NCBI GenBank assembly: GCA_002269645.1
Contig: NIVC01000195.1
Coordinates: forward strand, 496,001-560,000
Direction of reading: 5' to 3'
Length of the DNA: 64,000 nucleotides
From: Macrostomum lignano
Lineage: Eukaryota
The translations under genes were made by a program, and so were the position numbers. The notes under the pieces are model-generated. The model worked only from the letters and a program-made list of their open reading frames with translations, did not search any database and had not been told where the DNA came from. Below are positions 11,819-24,439 of the stretch, piece by piece. Numbering within the stretch: the stretch's first letter is position 1; each line of letters starts with the position of its first letter.

Positions 11819-14070
11819 TCCTATATACTAAAAATGAGTTGTCTGTATATGGGTATGCGATTGATTTCAGAAAAATTGGCTCAACCGATTTTCTTCAAAC
11901 TTGCACCATTCGATCAGAAATTTTCCTGGGACGGTACATGCATCTTGGCAAAGAAATTGCTCAATGTTAAAGGGATTAAATATTCGAAAAACATGCTTTT
12001 TTGCAAAGGTCAAGCAGCTCTTTTGACCTGAAATGCATTGTAAGAATGCTAGAGAAAAAACTGACTGACGACTGAATTTCAATTCTGATAAAGATTGCAT
12101 CACAACAAGTTGAAAACAGTACCGAAGAAATGCACACACGACTTGATTTAAATTGCGTAACCATATTGCTAACTTAAATTGAGACTGATACTGGCTGACT
12201 GAGAAATTGATTATGTCATAACTTTTTACTCCAATTGACTTGCTGTAAGAATTGAATTATAAGGGCCACAATTCATGTTCTCCAATTGAAAAGAGATAGC
12301 CCTGATGCAAACAGACTGGAATGCTAATGTAGCGACCTGGGTTCGAATCTTAGTAGTGCAAAATGATTTTTTTATTAAAACACCTTGAAAACACGAAACA
12401 GCTAAACTAAAAAGAAGCACAATGTCAAACATACCAGTGGCACCATGTCGAACATTAAAGAGCCACCATGTCAAATATTAAAGAGCATTATGTCGAGCAT
12501 ATACGTGACTCCATGTCAAGCATTAAAGAGCCACCATGTCTAATATAAAAGAGCCACCATGTCGAACATAAATAAGCCACTATATCGAACATTAAAGAGA
12601 CACCATTTCAAACATTAAAGAGCCACCATTTGAAACATAAGAGAGCCACCATGTCGAACATTAAAGAGCCACAATGTCAAAAATTAAAGAGCCACCATGT
12701 CAAACATAATAGAGCCACCATGTCTAACATTAAAGAGCCACCATGTCGAACATAAATGAGCCACTATATCGAACATTAAAGAGCCACCATTTCAAACATA
12801 AAAGAGCCACTATGTAAAACATATATGTGACTCTATATCAAACATATATGTGACTCCATGTCGAACATTAACGAGCCACCATTAACAACATAAAAGAGCC
12901 ACCATGTCGAACATTAAAGAACCACCATGTCAAACATTAAAGTGCCATCGTGTCGAACATTAAAGAGCCAGTATGTTGAACATTAAAGAGCCACCATGTC
13001 AAACATTAAAGAGCCACCATTTTGAACATTAAAGAGCCACCATGTCAAACATTAAAGAGCCACTTTGTTGAATATTAAAGAGCCACTATGTCAAACATTA
13101 AAGAACCACCATGTAGAACATAAAAGAGCCACCATGTCTAATATAAAAGAGCCACCATGTCGAACATTAAAGTGCCATCGTGTCGAACATTAAAGAGCCA
13201 CCATGTCGAACATAAAGGAGCCACCATGTCGAACATAAAAGAGCCACTATGTTGAACATAGAAGAGCCACCATGTCAAACATTAAAGAGCCACCATTTTG
13301 AACATTAAAGAGTCACCATGTCAAACATTAAAGAGCCACCATGTAGAACATAAAAGAGCCACCATTTCTAATATAAAAGAGCCACCATGTCGAACAATAA
13401 AGTGCCATCGTGTCGAACATTAAAGAGCCACCATGTCGAACATAAAGGAGCCACCATGTAAAACATAAAAGAGCCATCATGTCAAACATTAAAGAGCCAT
13501 CGTGTCGAACATTAAGGAGCCACCATGTCGAACATTAAAGAGCCACCACATCAAAAATTAAAGAGCCACCATGTCTTTTTATTACATTATTTGATGCCTC
13601 CTCAGGGGAGTGATCGCTGATTAAAAAAGCGTAATGTAAAAAAATAAAAGAAGCTTCATGTCGAAGTTAAGAGATTCATTTGGGAATCCCTACGATGTCG
13701 AGGCTTGCAGGGAATCGCTATAATGCTGTAGTAGTGCTATAATGACTCTTAGAGAGAATTACTGAAATTTCAATGCTTTAGGGTTAGGTTAGGGTTAGGG
13801 TTAGGGTTAGGGTTAGGGTTAGGGGTTAGGCTAGGGTTAGGGTTAGAAGGTTGACAGATATTTTTAGATTTCCAAGGCTTATTGGGGGCATTGCTGAGAT
13901 GTCAAGGGGGGAAGTTGATATGTTAAAGCTTGTAGGGGGGGAATTACTGACATGTCAAGGGTTACAAGGTTTGACAGGAGATTTTTTAAGATTTCAAGAA
14001 TACATGTAGCTTATTAAAAAAATATGTATTGCATTTCTTTGGCTCCCCAACGGGGGGCGTAGATTGCTAG
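11819..14070 (+). mobile_element. Chimeric Helitron-like element F (satellite-b-type 5' half fused to a B-type 3' half)
   Basis: TCCTATATACTAAAAATG at 11819 preceded by A; satellite b 12420-13575; abrupt switch at ~13575 into sequence matching 6339-6837; CTAG 14067-14070. Confidence 0.75.
12420..13575 (+). repeat. 23-bp satellite b, unit AAAGAGCCACCATGTC(A/G)AACATT
   Basis: Direct tandem units with a recurring variant CATATATGTGACT. Confidence 0.95.
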
Positions 14071-16597
14071 TCCTATATACTAAAAATGAAAATCTTGCTT
14101 GTTGGTTTGTTTGTACGCAATCGATTAGAGAAAAAATGGCTGGACCGATTTTCATGAGACTTGCACTGTTCGATCAGAAATTTTCCCGTGACGGTACATG
14201 CATCTTGGCTAAGAAATTGGTCCATGTTAAAGCGATTAAATATTCGAAAAACATGCTTTTTTGCAAAGGTCAAGCAAACTTTTCGACTTGAAATGCATTG
14301 TAATAATGCTAGAGAAAAAACTGACTGGTTGAATTCTGATTCTGAAATAGGTTGCATCATAACTGAATTGTAACTCCAGCTTGAATTGCGTCACAGTATT
14401 GAAAATGCAGTGTGGAAGCGTAGCACCAGACTTGATTTAGATTGCGTAACCATATTCTCAACTTTAATTGAGACTGATACTGACTTGCCTGGGAAATTGA
14501 TTATGTCATAACTGCTTCGTGAGTGAGTGTTGAATTATATAAGTGCTACAATTTCATTTATAAATTCGATAAGAGCTAGCCTAGATGTGAACAGACTGGA
14601 CTGCAAATGCAGCGACCTGGGTTCGAATCTTAGTAGTGAAAAGTTTTTTATTAAAAGCTATTATTCAAGGACAAATAAAGGACAAAAGGCGTCATGTAAA
14701 AAATCATAGAAGCATCATTTAAAAAATCATAGAAGCATCATTTAAAAAATCATAGAAGCATCATTTAAAAAATCATAGAAGCATCATTTAAAAAATCATA
14801 GAAGCGTCATGTAAAAAATCATAGAAGCGTTATGTAAACAATCATAGAAGCGTCATTTAAAAAATCATAGAAGCGTCATGTAAACAATCATAGAAGCGTC
14901 ATGTAAACAATCATAGAAGCGTCATGTAAACAATCATAGAAGCGTCATGTAAACAATCATAGAAGCGTCATGTAAACAATCATAGAAGCGTCATGTAAAC
15001 AATCATAGAAGCGTCATGTAAACAATCATAGAAGCGTCATGTAAAAAATCATAGAAGCGTCATGTAAAAAATCATAGAAGCGCCATTTAAAAAATCATAG
15101 AAGCGTCATATAAAAATCGTAGAAGCGTCATGTAAACAATCATAGAAGCGTCATGTAAACAATCATAGAAGCGTCATGTAAACAATCATAGAAGCGCCAT
15201 GTAAAAAATCATAGAAGCGTCATGTAAACAATCATAGAAGTGTCATGTAAAAAATCGTAGAAGCGTCATGTAAACAATCATAGAAGCGTCATGTAAACAA
15301 TCATAGAAGCGTCATGTAAACAATCATAGAAACGTCATATAAAAATCATAGAAGCGTCATGTAAAAATCATAGAAGCGTCAAGAAAAAATCATAGAAGCC
15401 TCATTTAAAAACTAATGAAAGTGTCATTTAAAAAATTAAGAAGCGTCACGGTAGAATAAAAGAAACGTCATGTCAGACATGAAGGGTTCATGTAAAAATT
15501 AAATGCAATTATAGTGCTGTGCTGGGGAGAAAAACTGAGACGTCAAGGCTCACAGAGAATAACTGAGATTACAGGGGGGGGGGTTCTGAGATGTCAAAGC
15601 AAAAGTCAGAAGCTACTTCAAAGTTCATGTACTTTACTCAATTTTTTTATTACATTCTTTGTTGGCTCGCCACGGGGGGGGGGGCGCTGATAGAAGAAGA
15701 GTCATGTAAAAAATAAAAGTAGCACTATGTATACATAAAAGAAAAGTCATGTCGAAGTTAAAAGATTCATTTGGGAATTGCTACGATGTCAAAGCTTGGT
15801 GGAAATCGTTATAGTGCTGTGATTCTTAAAGAAGGAATCACTAAAATGTCAAGGCTTAGGGGAGAAGAACTGCTGAGATTTCAAGGCTTTAGGTTGGGTT
15901 AAAGTTAGGTTTAGGTCAGGTGTGGGTTGAGGGTTATATTTTATCGGGTTTCAAGGTTAACAGGGGTTTTTTTAGATTTCAATGTTTATGGGGGCCATTG
16001 CTGACATGTCAAGGCTTACGGGGGGAATAGCTGAGATGTCAAGGCTCACGGGGGTATAAATGAGATTTCAAGGCTTAAGTCAGAAGCTACATGTAGTTTA
16101 TTGAAAACTTTTTATTACATTATTTGATGCCTCCTCAGGGGAGGGATCGCTGATAAAAAAGCGTAATGTAAAAAATAAAAGAAGCTTCATGTCGAAGTTA
16201 AGAGATTCATTTGGGAATCCCTACGATGTTGAGGCTTGCAGGGAATCGCTATAATGCTGTAGTAGTGCTATAATGACTCTTAGAGAGAATTATTACTGAA
16301 AATTCAATGCTTTAGGGTTAGGTTAGGGTTAGGGTTAGGGTTAGGGTTAGGCTAGGGTTAGGGTTAGAAGGTTGACAGATATTTTTAGATTTCCAAGGCT
16401 TATTTGGGCCATTGCTGAGATGTCAAGGGGGGAAGTTGATATGTTAAAGCTTGTGGGGGGGATAACTGACATGTCAAGGCTTACAATGTTTGACAGAAGA
16501 TTTTTTAAGATTTCAAGGATACCCTGGTACATGTAGCTTATTAAAAAAACGTGTATTGCATTTCTTTGGCTCCCCAACGGGGGGCGTAGATTGCTAG
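14071..16597 (+). mobile_element. Helitron-like element G (near-identical copy of C)
   Basis: TC start at 14071, CTAG 16594-16597; colinear with 6838-9362 at an offset of ~7233. Confidence 0.85.
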
Positions 16598-18154
16598 TTA
16601 AAGCTAAAGTTATTTCTACAAAACTGCTAATAAATTGGTCAAAGTCAAGAATCGTTTAACCAATGCGATGTACAAGCATTGAAAAGTCGCCACTCTATGC
16701 GCCAGTGACTATTCTGAAATGAAAGTTAGGAGAAAACTGAGGGGTATCTTTAATCCGTTCAACCTCAAACACCGCTCCCCCCACTTCATTCTACCCAAGT
16801 CTGCCGCGTGGCGTATGCTGTTGCGTCACTCGCAAAATTGAGAGACCTTACCTGCACTGTCAAAAGTGGCGATCACAGACGGAAATTTCAGCTCTAGGCT
16901 AGCTCTCATCGAAGTTATAAGTGAATTTCTAGCACTTATATTCAACACTCACACCGAGTCATGTAGAGTAAAAGTCACACGAAGCAGTTGACATAATCAA
17001 TTTCTTAGGCAAGTCAGTACCAGTGTCTATAAAAGTTAACAATATGGTTACGCAATATAAATTGACTCTTATATGATTTTTTTCATGACGCTTCTATGAT
17101 TGTTTACATGACGCTTCTATGATTTTTTTAAAAGACGCTTCTATGATTTTTTCATGACGCTTTTATGATTTTTACATAACGCTTTTATGATTGTTTACAT
17201 GACGCTTCTATGATTTTTTACATGACGCTTCTATGATTGTTTACATGACGCTTTTATGATTTTTTACATGACGCTTTTATGATTTTTTACATGACGCTTC
17301 TATGATTGTTTACATGACGCTTGTATGATTTCTATATGACGCTTCTATGATTGTTTACATGACGCTTCTATGATTGTTTACATGACGCTTCTATGATTTT
17401 TTAAATGACGCTTCTACGATTTTTATATGACGCTTCTACGATTTTTTACATGACGCTTTTATGATTTTTTACATGACGCTTCTATGATTTTTTACATGAC
17501 GCTTCTATGATTTTTACATGACGCTTCTTTTTAAAAAGTCTTTTAGTTTTCTTGACGTTGAAAAGCTTTAATTAAAAAAATTATACTCTATGAAAATTCG
17601 AACCATCGTCGCTGCATTTAGCAGTTCAGTTTGTTCACCTCTAGGCTAGCTCTCATCGTTTTGATAACATCAAATTTTGCACTTATATAATTCAACACTT
17701 TAAAATCCAAGCATAGAGTAAATCACACGAAGCAGTTATGACATAATCAGTTTCTCAGTCAGTCAGTATCAGTTAACAATATGGTTACGCAATTTAAATC
17801 AAGTCTGGTGCTACGCTTCCACACTGCATTTTCAATTCAAGTCGGAGTTACAATTCAGTTATGATGCAATCTATTTCAGAATTAGAATTCAACCAGTCAG
17901 TTTTTTCTCTAGCATTCTTACAATGCATTTCAAGTCAAAAAGTTTGCTTGACCTTTGCAAAAAAGCATGTTTTTCGAATATTTAATGCCTTTAGCATCGA
18001 GCAATTTCTTAGCCACGATGCATGTACAGTCACGGGAAAATTTCTAATCGAACAGTGCAAGTTCGAAAAAAATCGGTCCAGCCATTTTTTCTCTAATCGA
18101 TCACATAGATAGATAGATAGATAGACACAGACAGACCATTTTTAGTATATAGGA
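16598..18154 (-). mobile_element. Helitron-like element D' (copy of D)
   Basis: Minus-strand TCCTATATACTAAA start at 18154; colinear with 9363-10920. Confidence 0.7.
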
Positions 18155-19083
18155 CTAGCAATCTTCGCCCCCGTTGGGGGACATCTGTATAGAACCTCTG
18201 TTCTCTACAAGTAACAAAAAGATAGCCAAAAAAAGCCTTCGCAAAGAAAACAGACAAAATACTCAAAGGAAGTGCAATGCAAAAAGAAATCATTCCAAGA
18301 CAGCAAGCATCCCCCAGATAGCAAGCATCCTCCAGATAGCAAGCAACCCCCGGATAGCAAGCATCCCCCAGATAGCAAGCATCCCCCAGATAGCAAGCAT
18401 CCCCCAGATAGCAAGCATCCCCTAGATAGCAAGCATCCCCCAGATAGCAAGCATCCCCCAGATAGCAAGCATCCCTCAGATGGCAAGCATCCCCCAGATA
18501 GCAAGCATCCCCCAGATAGCAAGCATCCCCAAGATAGCAAGCATCCCCCAGATAGCAAGCATCCCCCAGATAGCAAGCATCCTCCAGATTGCAAGCAACC
18601 CCCGGATAGCAAGCATCCCCCAGACAGCAAGCATCCCCTAGATAGCAAGCATCCTCCAGATTGCAAGCAACCCCCGGATAGCAAGCATCCCCCAGATAGC
18701 AAGCATCCCCTAGATAGCAACCATCCCCCAGATAGCAAGCATCCCCCAGATAGCAAGCATCCCTCAGATAGCAAGCATCCCCCAGATAGCAAGCATCCCC
18801 CAGATAGCAAGCATCCCCCAGATAGCAAGCATCCTCCAGATTGCAAGCAACCCCCGGATAGCAAGCATCCCCCAGATAGCAAGCATCCCCTAGATAGCAA
18901 CCATCCCCCAGATAGCAAGCATCCCCCAGATAGCAAGCATCCCTCAGATAGCAAGCATCCCCCAGATAGCAAGCATCCCCCAGATAGCAAGCATCCCTCA
19001 GATAGCAAGCATCCCCCAGATAGCAAGCATCCCCCAGATAGCAAGCATCCCTCAGATAGCAAGCATCCCCCAGATAGCACGCA
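18155..19083 (-). mobile_element. Helitron-like 3' fragment E' (copy of E)
   Basis: Minus-strand hairpin and CTAG ending at 18155; 18-bp satellite 18299-19083. Confidence 0.8.
18299..19083 (-). repeat. 18-bp satellite, minus strand, with higher-order blocks
   Basis: Tandem CCCCCAGATAGCAAGCAT; the variant CCTCCAGATTGCAAGCAACCCCCGG recurs at ~72 and ~180 bp spacing. Confidence 0.95.
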
Positions 19084-19684
19084 TCCTATATACTAAAAAT
19101 GAGTTGTCTGTATATGGGTATGCGATTGATTTCAGAAAACTTGGCTCAACCGATTTTCTTCAAACTTGCACCATTCGATCAGAAATTTTCCTGGGACGGT
19201 ACATGCATCTTGGCAAAGAAATTGCTCAATGTTAAAGGGATTAAATATTCGAAAAACATGCTTTTTTGCAAAGGTCAAGCAGCTCTTTTGACCTGAAATG
19301 CATTGTAAGAATGCTAGAGAAAAAACTGACTGACGACTGAATTTCAATTCTGATAAAGATTGCATCACAACAAGTTGAAAACAGTACCGAAGAAATGCAC
19401 ACACGACTTGATTTAAATTGCGTAACCATATTGCTAACTTAAATTGAGACTGATACTGGCTGACTGAGAAATTGATTATGTCATAACTTTTTACTCCAAT
19501 TGACTTGCTGTAAGAATTGAATTATAAGGGCCACAATTCATGTTCTCCAATTGAAAAGAGATAGCCCTGATGCAAACAGACTGGAATGCTAATGTAGCGA
19601 CCTGGGTTCGAATCTTAGTAGTGCAAAATGATTTTTTTATTAAAACACCTTGAAAACACGAAACAGCTAAACTAAAAAGAAGCA

Positions 19685-22600
19685 CAATGTCAAACATACC
19701 AGTGGCACCATGTCGAACATTAAAGAGCCACCATGTCAAATATTAAAGAGCATTATGTCGAGCATATACGTGACTCCATGTCAAGCATTAAAGAGCCACC
19801 ATGTCTAATATAAAAGAGCCACCATGTCGAACATAAATAAGCCACTATATCGAACATTAAAGAGACACCATTTCAAACATTAAAGAGCCACCATTTGAAA
19901 CATAAGAGAGCCACCATGTCGAACATTAAAGAGCCACAATGTCAAAAATTAAAGAGCCACCATGTCAAACATAATAGAGCCACCATGTCTAACATTAAAG
20001 AGCCACCATGTCGAACATAAATGAGCCACTATATCGAACATTAAAGAGCCACCATTTCAAACATAAAAGAGCCACTATGTAAAACATATATGTGACTCTA
20101 TATCAAACATATATGTGACTCCATGTCGAACATTAACGAGCCACCATTAACAACATAAAAGAGCCACCATGTCGAACATTAAAGAACCACCATGTCAAAC
20201 ATTAAAGTGCCATCGTGTCGAACATTAAAGAGCCAGTATGTTGAACATTAAAGAGCCACCATGTCAAACATTAAAGAGCCACCATTTTGAACATTAAAGA
20301 GCCACCATGTCAAACATTAAAGAGCCACTTTGTTGAATATTAAAGAGCCACTATGTCAAACATTAAAGAACCACCATGTAGAACATAAAAGAGCCACCAT
20401 GTCTAATATAAAAGAGCCACCATGTCGAACATTAAAGTGCCATCGTGTCGAACATTAAAGAGCCACCATGTCGAACATAAAGGAGCCACCATGTCGAACA
20501 TAAAAGAGCCACTATGTTGAACATAGAAGAGCCACCATGTCAAACATTAAAGAGCCACCATTTTGAACATTAAAGAGTCACCATGTCAAACATTAAAGAG
20601 CCACCATGTAGAACATAAAAGAGGGCCACCATTTCTAATATAAAAGAGCCACCATGTCGAACAATAAAGTGCCATCGTGTCGAACATTAAAGAGCCACCA
20701 TGTCGAACATAAAGGAGCCACCATGTAAAACATAAAAGAGCCATCATGTCAAACATTAAAGAGCCATCGTGTCGAACATTAAGGAGCCACCATGTCGAAC
20801 ATTAAAGAGCCACCACATCAAAAATTAAAGAGCCACCATGTCGAACATTAAAGAGCCACCATGTCAAACATATATTTGACTCCATGTCGAACATTAAAGA
20901 GCCACCATGTGAAACATATAAGAGACTTTATTTCAAACATAAAAGAGCCACTATGTTGAGCATTAAAGAGCCACAATGTAAAACATAAAACGACCATTTC
21001 GAACATTAAAGAGCCACCATGTTGAACATTAAAGGGCTACCATGTCAATCATTAAAGAGCCACCATGTCGAACATAAAAGATATACAATTTCAAACATAA
21101 AAGTGAGCGAATTTTAAAGGAGCCACTATAATGCTAAGGAAATTGTCGCACTAGCTACTTATTGTCTGGTGGATGTCAAACATAAAAGAGCCACCATTTC
21201 GAACATTAAACAGCCACCATTTCGAACATTAAAGAGCCACCATGTCGAACATAAAAGAGCCACTATTTCGAACATTAAAGAGCCACCATTTCGAACATTA
21301 AAGAGCCACCATGTCGACCATAAAAGAGCCACTATTTCGAACATCAAAGAGCCACTATGTCAAACATTTAGGAGCCACTTTTTCGAACACTAAAGAGCCA
21401 CCATGTCAAACATAAAAGAGCCAACATGTCAAACATAAAAGAGCCAACATGTCAAACATAAAGAGCCACCATGTCAAACATTTAAGAGCCACCATGTCAA
21501 ACATATATGTGACTTTGTGTCAAACATTAAGGAGCCACCATTTCGAACATTAAAGAGCCACCATGTCAAACATGAAAGAGCTACCATTTCAAACATTAAA
21601 GAGCCACCATGTCAAACATTCAAAAGCCACATTGTCAAACATTAAAGAGCCATTATGTCGTACATTAAAGAGCCACCATTTCGAACATTAAAGAGCCACC
21701 ATGTCGAACATAAAAGAGCCACTATTTTGAACATTAAAAAGCCACCATTTCGAACATTAAAGAGCCGCCATTTCGAACATAAAAGAGCCACCATGTCAAT
21801 CATTAAAGAGCCACCATGTCAAACATAAAGAGCCACCATTTTGAATATTAAAGAGCCACTATGTCAAACATTTAGGAGCCACTTTGTCGAACATTAAAGA
21901 GCCACCATGTCAAACATAAAAGAGCCAACATGTCAGACATTAAAAAAGCCACCGTACAGATATAAAAGAGTTACCATGTAGAACAAAAAAGAGCCACCAT
22001 TTCGAACAAAAAAGAGCCACCATGTCAAACATAAAAGAGCCACCATGTCAAACATAAAAGAGCCAACATGTCAAACCTAAAAGAGCCACCATGTCGAAAA
22101 TTTAAGAGCCAAAATGTAGAATATAAAAGAGCCACCATGTTAAACCTAAAAGAGTCACCATGTTAAACCTAAAAGAGCCACCATGTTAAACCTAAAAGAG
22201 CCACCATGTCGAACACTTAAGAGCCACAATGTAAAATATTAAAGAGTCACCATTTCGAACATATAAGTGACTTTATGTCAAACATTAAAGAGCCACCATG
22301 TCGAACATTAAAGAGCCACCATGTAAAACAAAAGAGCCACCATTTCGAACATTAAAGAGCCACCATGTCTAACATTAAAAGTCACCATGTTAAACATTAA
22401 AGAGCCACCATATCAAGCATAAAAGAGCCACCATGTCAAACCTAAAAGAGCCACCATGTCGAAAATTTAAGAGCCAAAATGTAGAATATAAAAGAGCCAC
22501 CATGTCAACCATATAAGTGACTTTATGTCAAATATTTAAGAGCCACCATGTTAAACCTAAAAGAGCCACCATGTTAAACCTAAAAGAGTCACCATGTTAA

Positions 22601-23140
22601 ACCTAAAAGAGCCACCATGTCGAACACTTAAGAGCCACAATGTAAAATATTAAAGAGCCACCATTTCGAACATATAAGTGACTTTATGTCAAACATTAAA
22701 GTGCCACCATGTCAAACATTAAAGAGCCACCATGTCAAACATAGAAATGCCACCAAGTAAAATATAAAAGAGCTACCATATCAAACATAAAATAGCCATC
22801 ATGTCAAACATAAAAGAGTCATCATGTGAAACATATACGTGACTCAATGTCAAACATTAAAGAGCCACCATGTCAAACATAAATGAGACACCATATGTCG
22901 AACATTAAAGAGCCACCATGTCAAACATTAAAGAGCCACCATGTCAAACATTAAAGAGCCACCATGTTAAACAATAAAGAGCCACCATGTCGAACATTAA
23001 AGAGCCACCATGTCAAACATTTAAGAGCCACCATGTCAAACACAAAAGAGCCACCATGTCGAACATAAAAGAGCCACCATGTCGAACATAAAAGAGCCAC
23101 CATGTCAAGCATAAAAGAGCCACCATGTCGAACATAAAAT
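19685..23140 (+). repeat. 23-bp satellite b array in F'
   Basis: Tandem AAAGAGCCACCATGTCAAACATT units, interrupted once at ~21080-21176. Confidence 0.95.
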
Positions 23141-23231
23141 TTACACAATTTCAAACGTGAAAGTAAGCGAATTTTAAAGGAGCCACTATAATGCTAAGGA
23201 AATTGTCGCACTAGCTACTTATTGTCTGGTG

Positions 23232-24297
23232 GATGTTGCTATTTGGGGATGCTTGCTATCTGAGGGATGCTTTCTATCTGGGGGATGCTTGCTATCTGGG
23301 GATGCTTGCTATCTTGGGGAGGCTTGCTATCTGGGGGATGCTTGCTATCTGGGGGATGCTTGCTATCTGGGGGATGCTTGCTATCTGGGGGATGCATGCT
23401 ATCTGGGGGATGCTTGCTATCTTGGGGATGCTTGCTATTTTGGGGATGCTTGCTATCTGGGGGATGCTTGCTATATGGGGATGCTTGCTATCTGGGGATG
23501 CTTGCTATCTGGGGATGCTTGCTATCTGGGGGATGCTTGCTATCTCGGGGATGCTTGCTATCTGGGGGATGCTTGCTATCTGGGGGATGCTTGCTATCTG
23601 GGGGATGCTTGCTATCTGGGGATGCTTGCTATCTGGGGGATGCTTGCTATCTGGGGGATGCTTGCTATCTGGGGGATGCTTGCTATCTGGGGGATGCTTG
23701 CTATCTGGGGGATGCTTGCTATCTCGGGGATGCTTGCTATCTCGGGGATGCTTGCTATCTGGGGGATGCTTGCTATCTGGGGGATGCTTGCTATCCGGGA
23801 GGGGGGATGCTTGCTATCTGGGGGATGCTTGCTATCCGGGAGGGGGATGCTTGCTATCTGGGGGATGCTTGCTATCTGGGGGATGCTTGCTATCTGGGGG
23901 ATGCTTGCTATCTGGGGGATGCTTGCTATCTGGGGGATGCTTGCTATCTGGGGATGCTTGCTATCTGGGGGATGCTTGCTATCTGGGGGATGCTTGCTAT
24001 CTAGGGGATGCTTGCTATCTGGGGGATGCTTGCTATCTGGGGGATGCTTGCTATCTGGGGGATGCTTGCTATCTGGGGATGCTTGCTATCTGGGGGATGC
24101 TTGCTATCCGGGAGGGGGGATGCTTCCTATCTGGGGGATGCTTGCTATTTGGGGGGATGCTTGCTATCTGGGGGATGCTTGCTATCTGGGGGATGCTTGC
24201 TATCTGGGGGATGCTTCCTATCTGGGGGATGCTTGCTATCTGGGGGATGCTTGCAATCTGGGGGATGCTTGCTATCTGGGGGATGCTTGCTGTCTTG
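23232..24297 (+). repeat. 17/18-bp satellite GGGGGATGCTTGCTATCT
   Basis: Tandem units directly upstream of the 3' terminal module of F'. Confidence 0.95.
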
Positions 24298-24439
24298 GGA
24301 TGATTTCTTTTTGCATTACACTTTATTTGAGCAGTTTGTCTGTTGTCTTTGTGAAGGCTTTATTTGGCTGTCTTTTTGTTACTTGTAGAGAACAGAGATT
24401 CTATCCAGATGTCCCCCAACTGGGGGCGAAGATTGCTAG

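Larger units (their letters stand above)
6339..20842 (+). repeat. Near-identical tandem duplication of ~7.24 kb (6339-13574 and 13575-20842)
   Basis: Landmarks recur at offsets of 7233-7265: 6838/14071, 9362/16597, 10920/18154, 11819/19084. Novel junction at ~13575. Confidence 0.85.
19084..24439 (+). mobile_element. Full-length non-autonomous Helitron-like element F' (core, 23-bp satellite b, 18-bp satellite, 3' end)
   Basis: A|TCCTATATACTAAAAATG at 19084; satellite b 19685-23140; 18-bp satellite 23232-24297; hairpin CCCCC-AACT-GGGGG and CTAG 24436-24439 followed by T. Confidence 0.85.
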
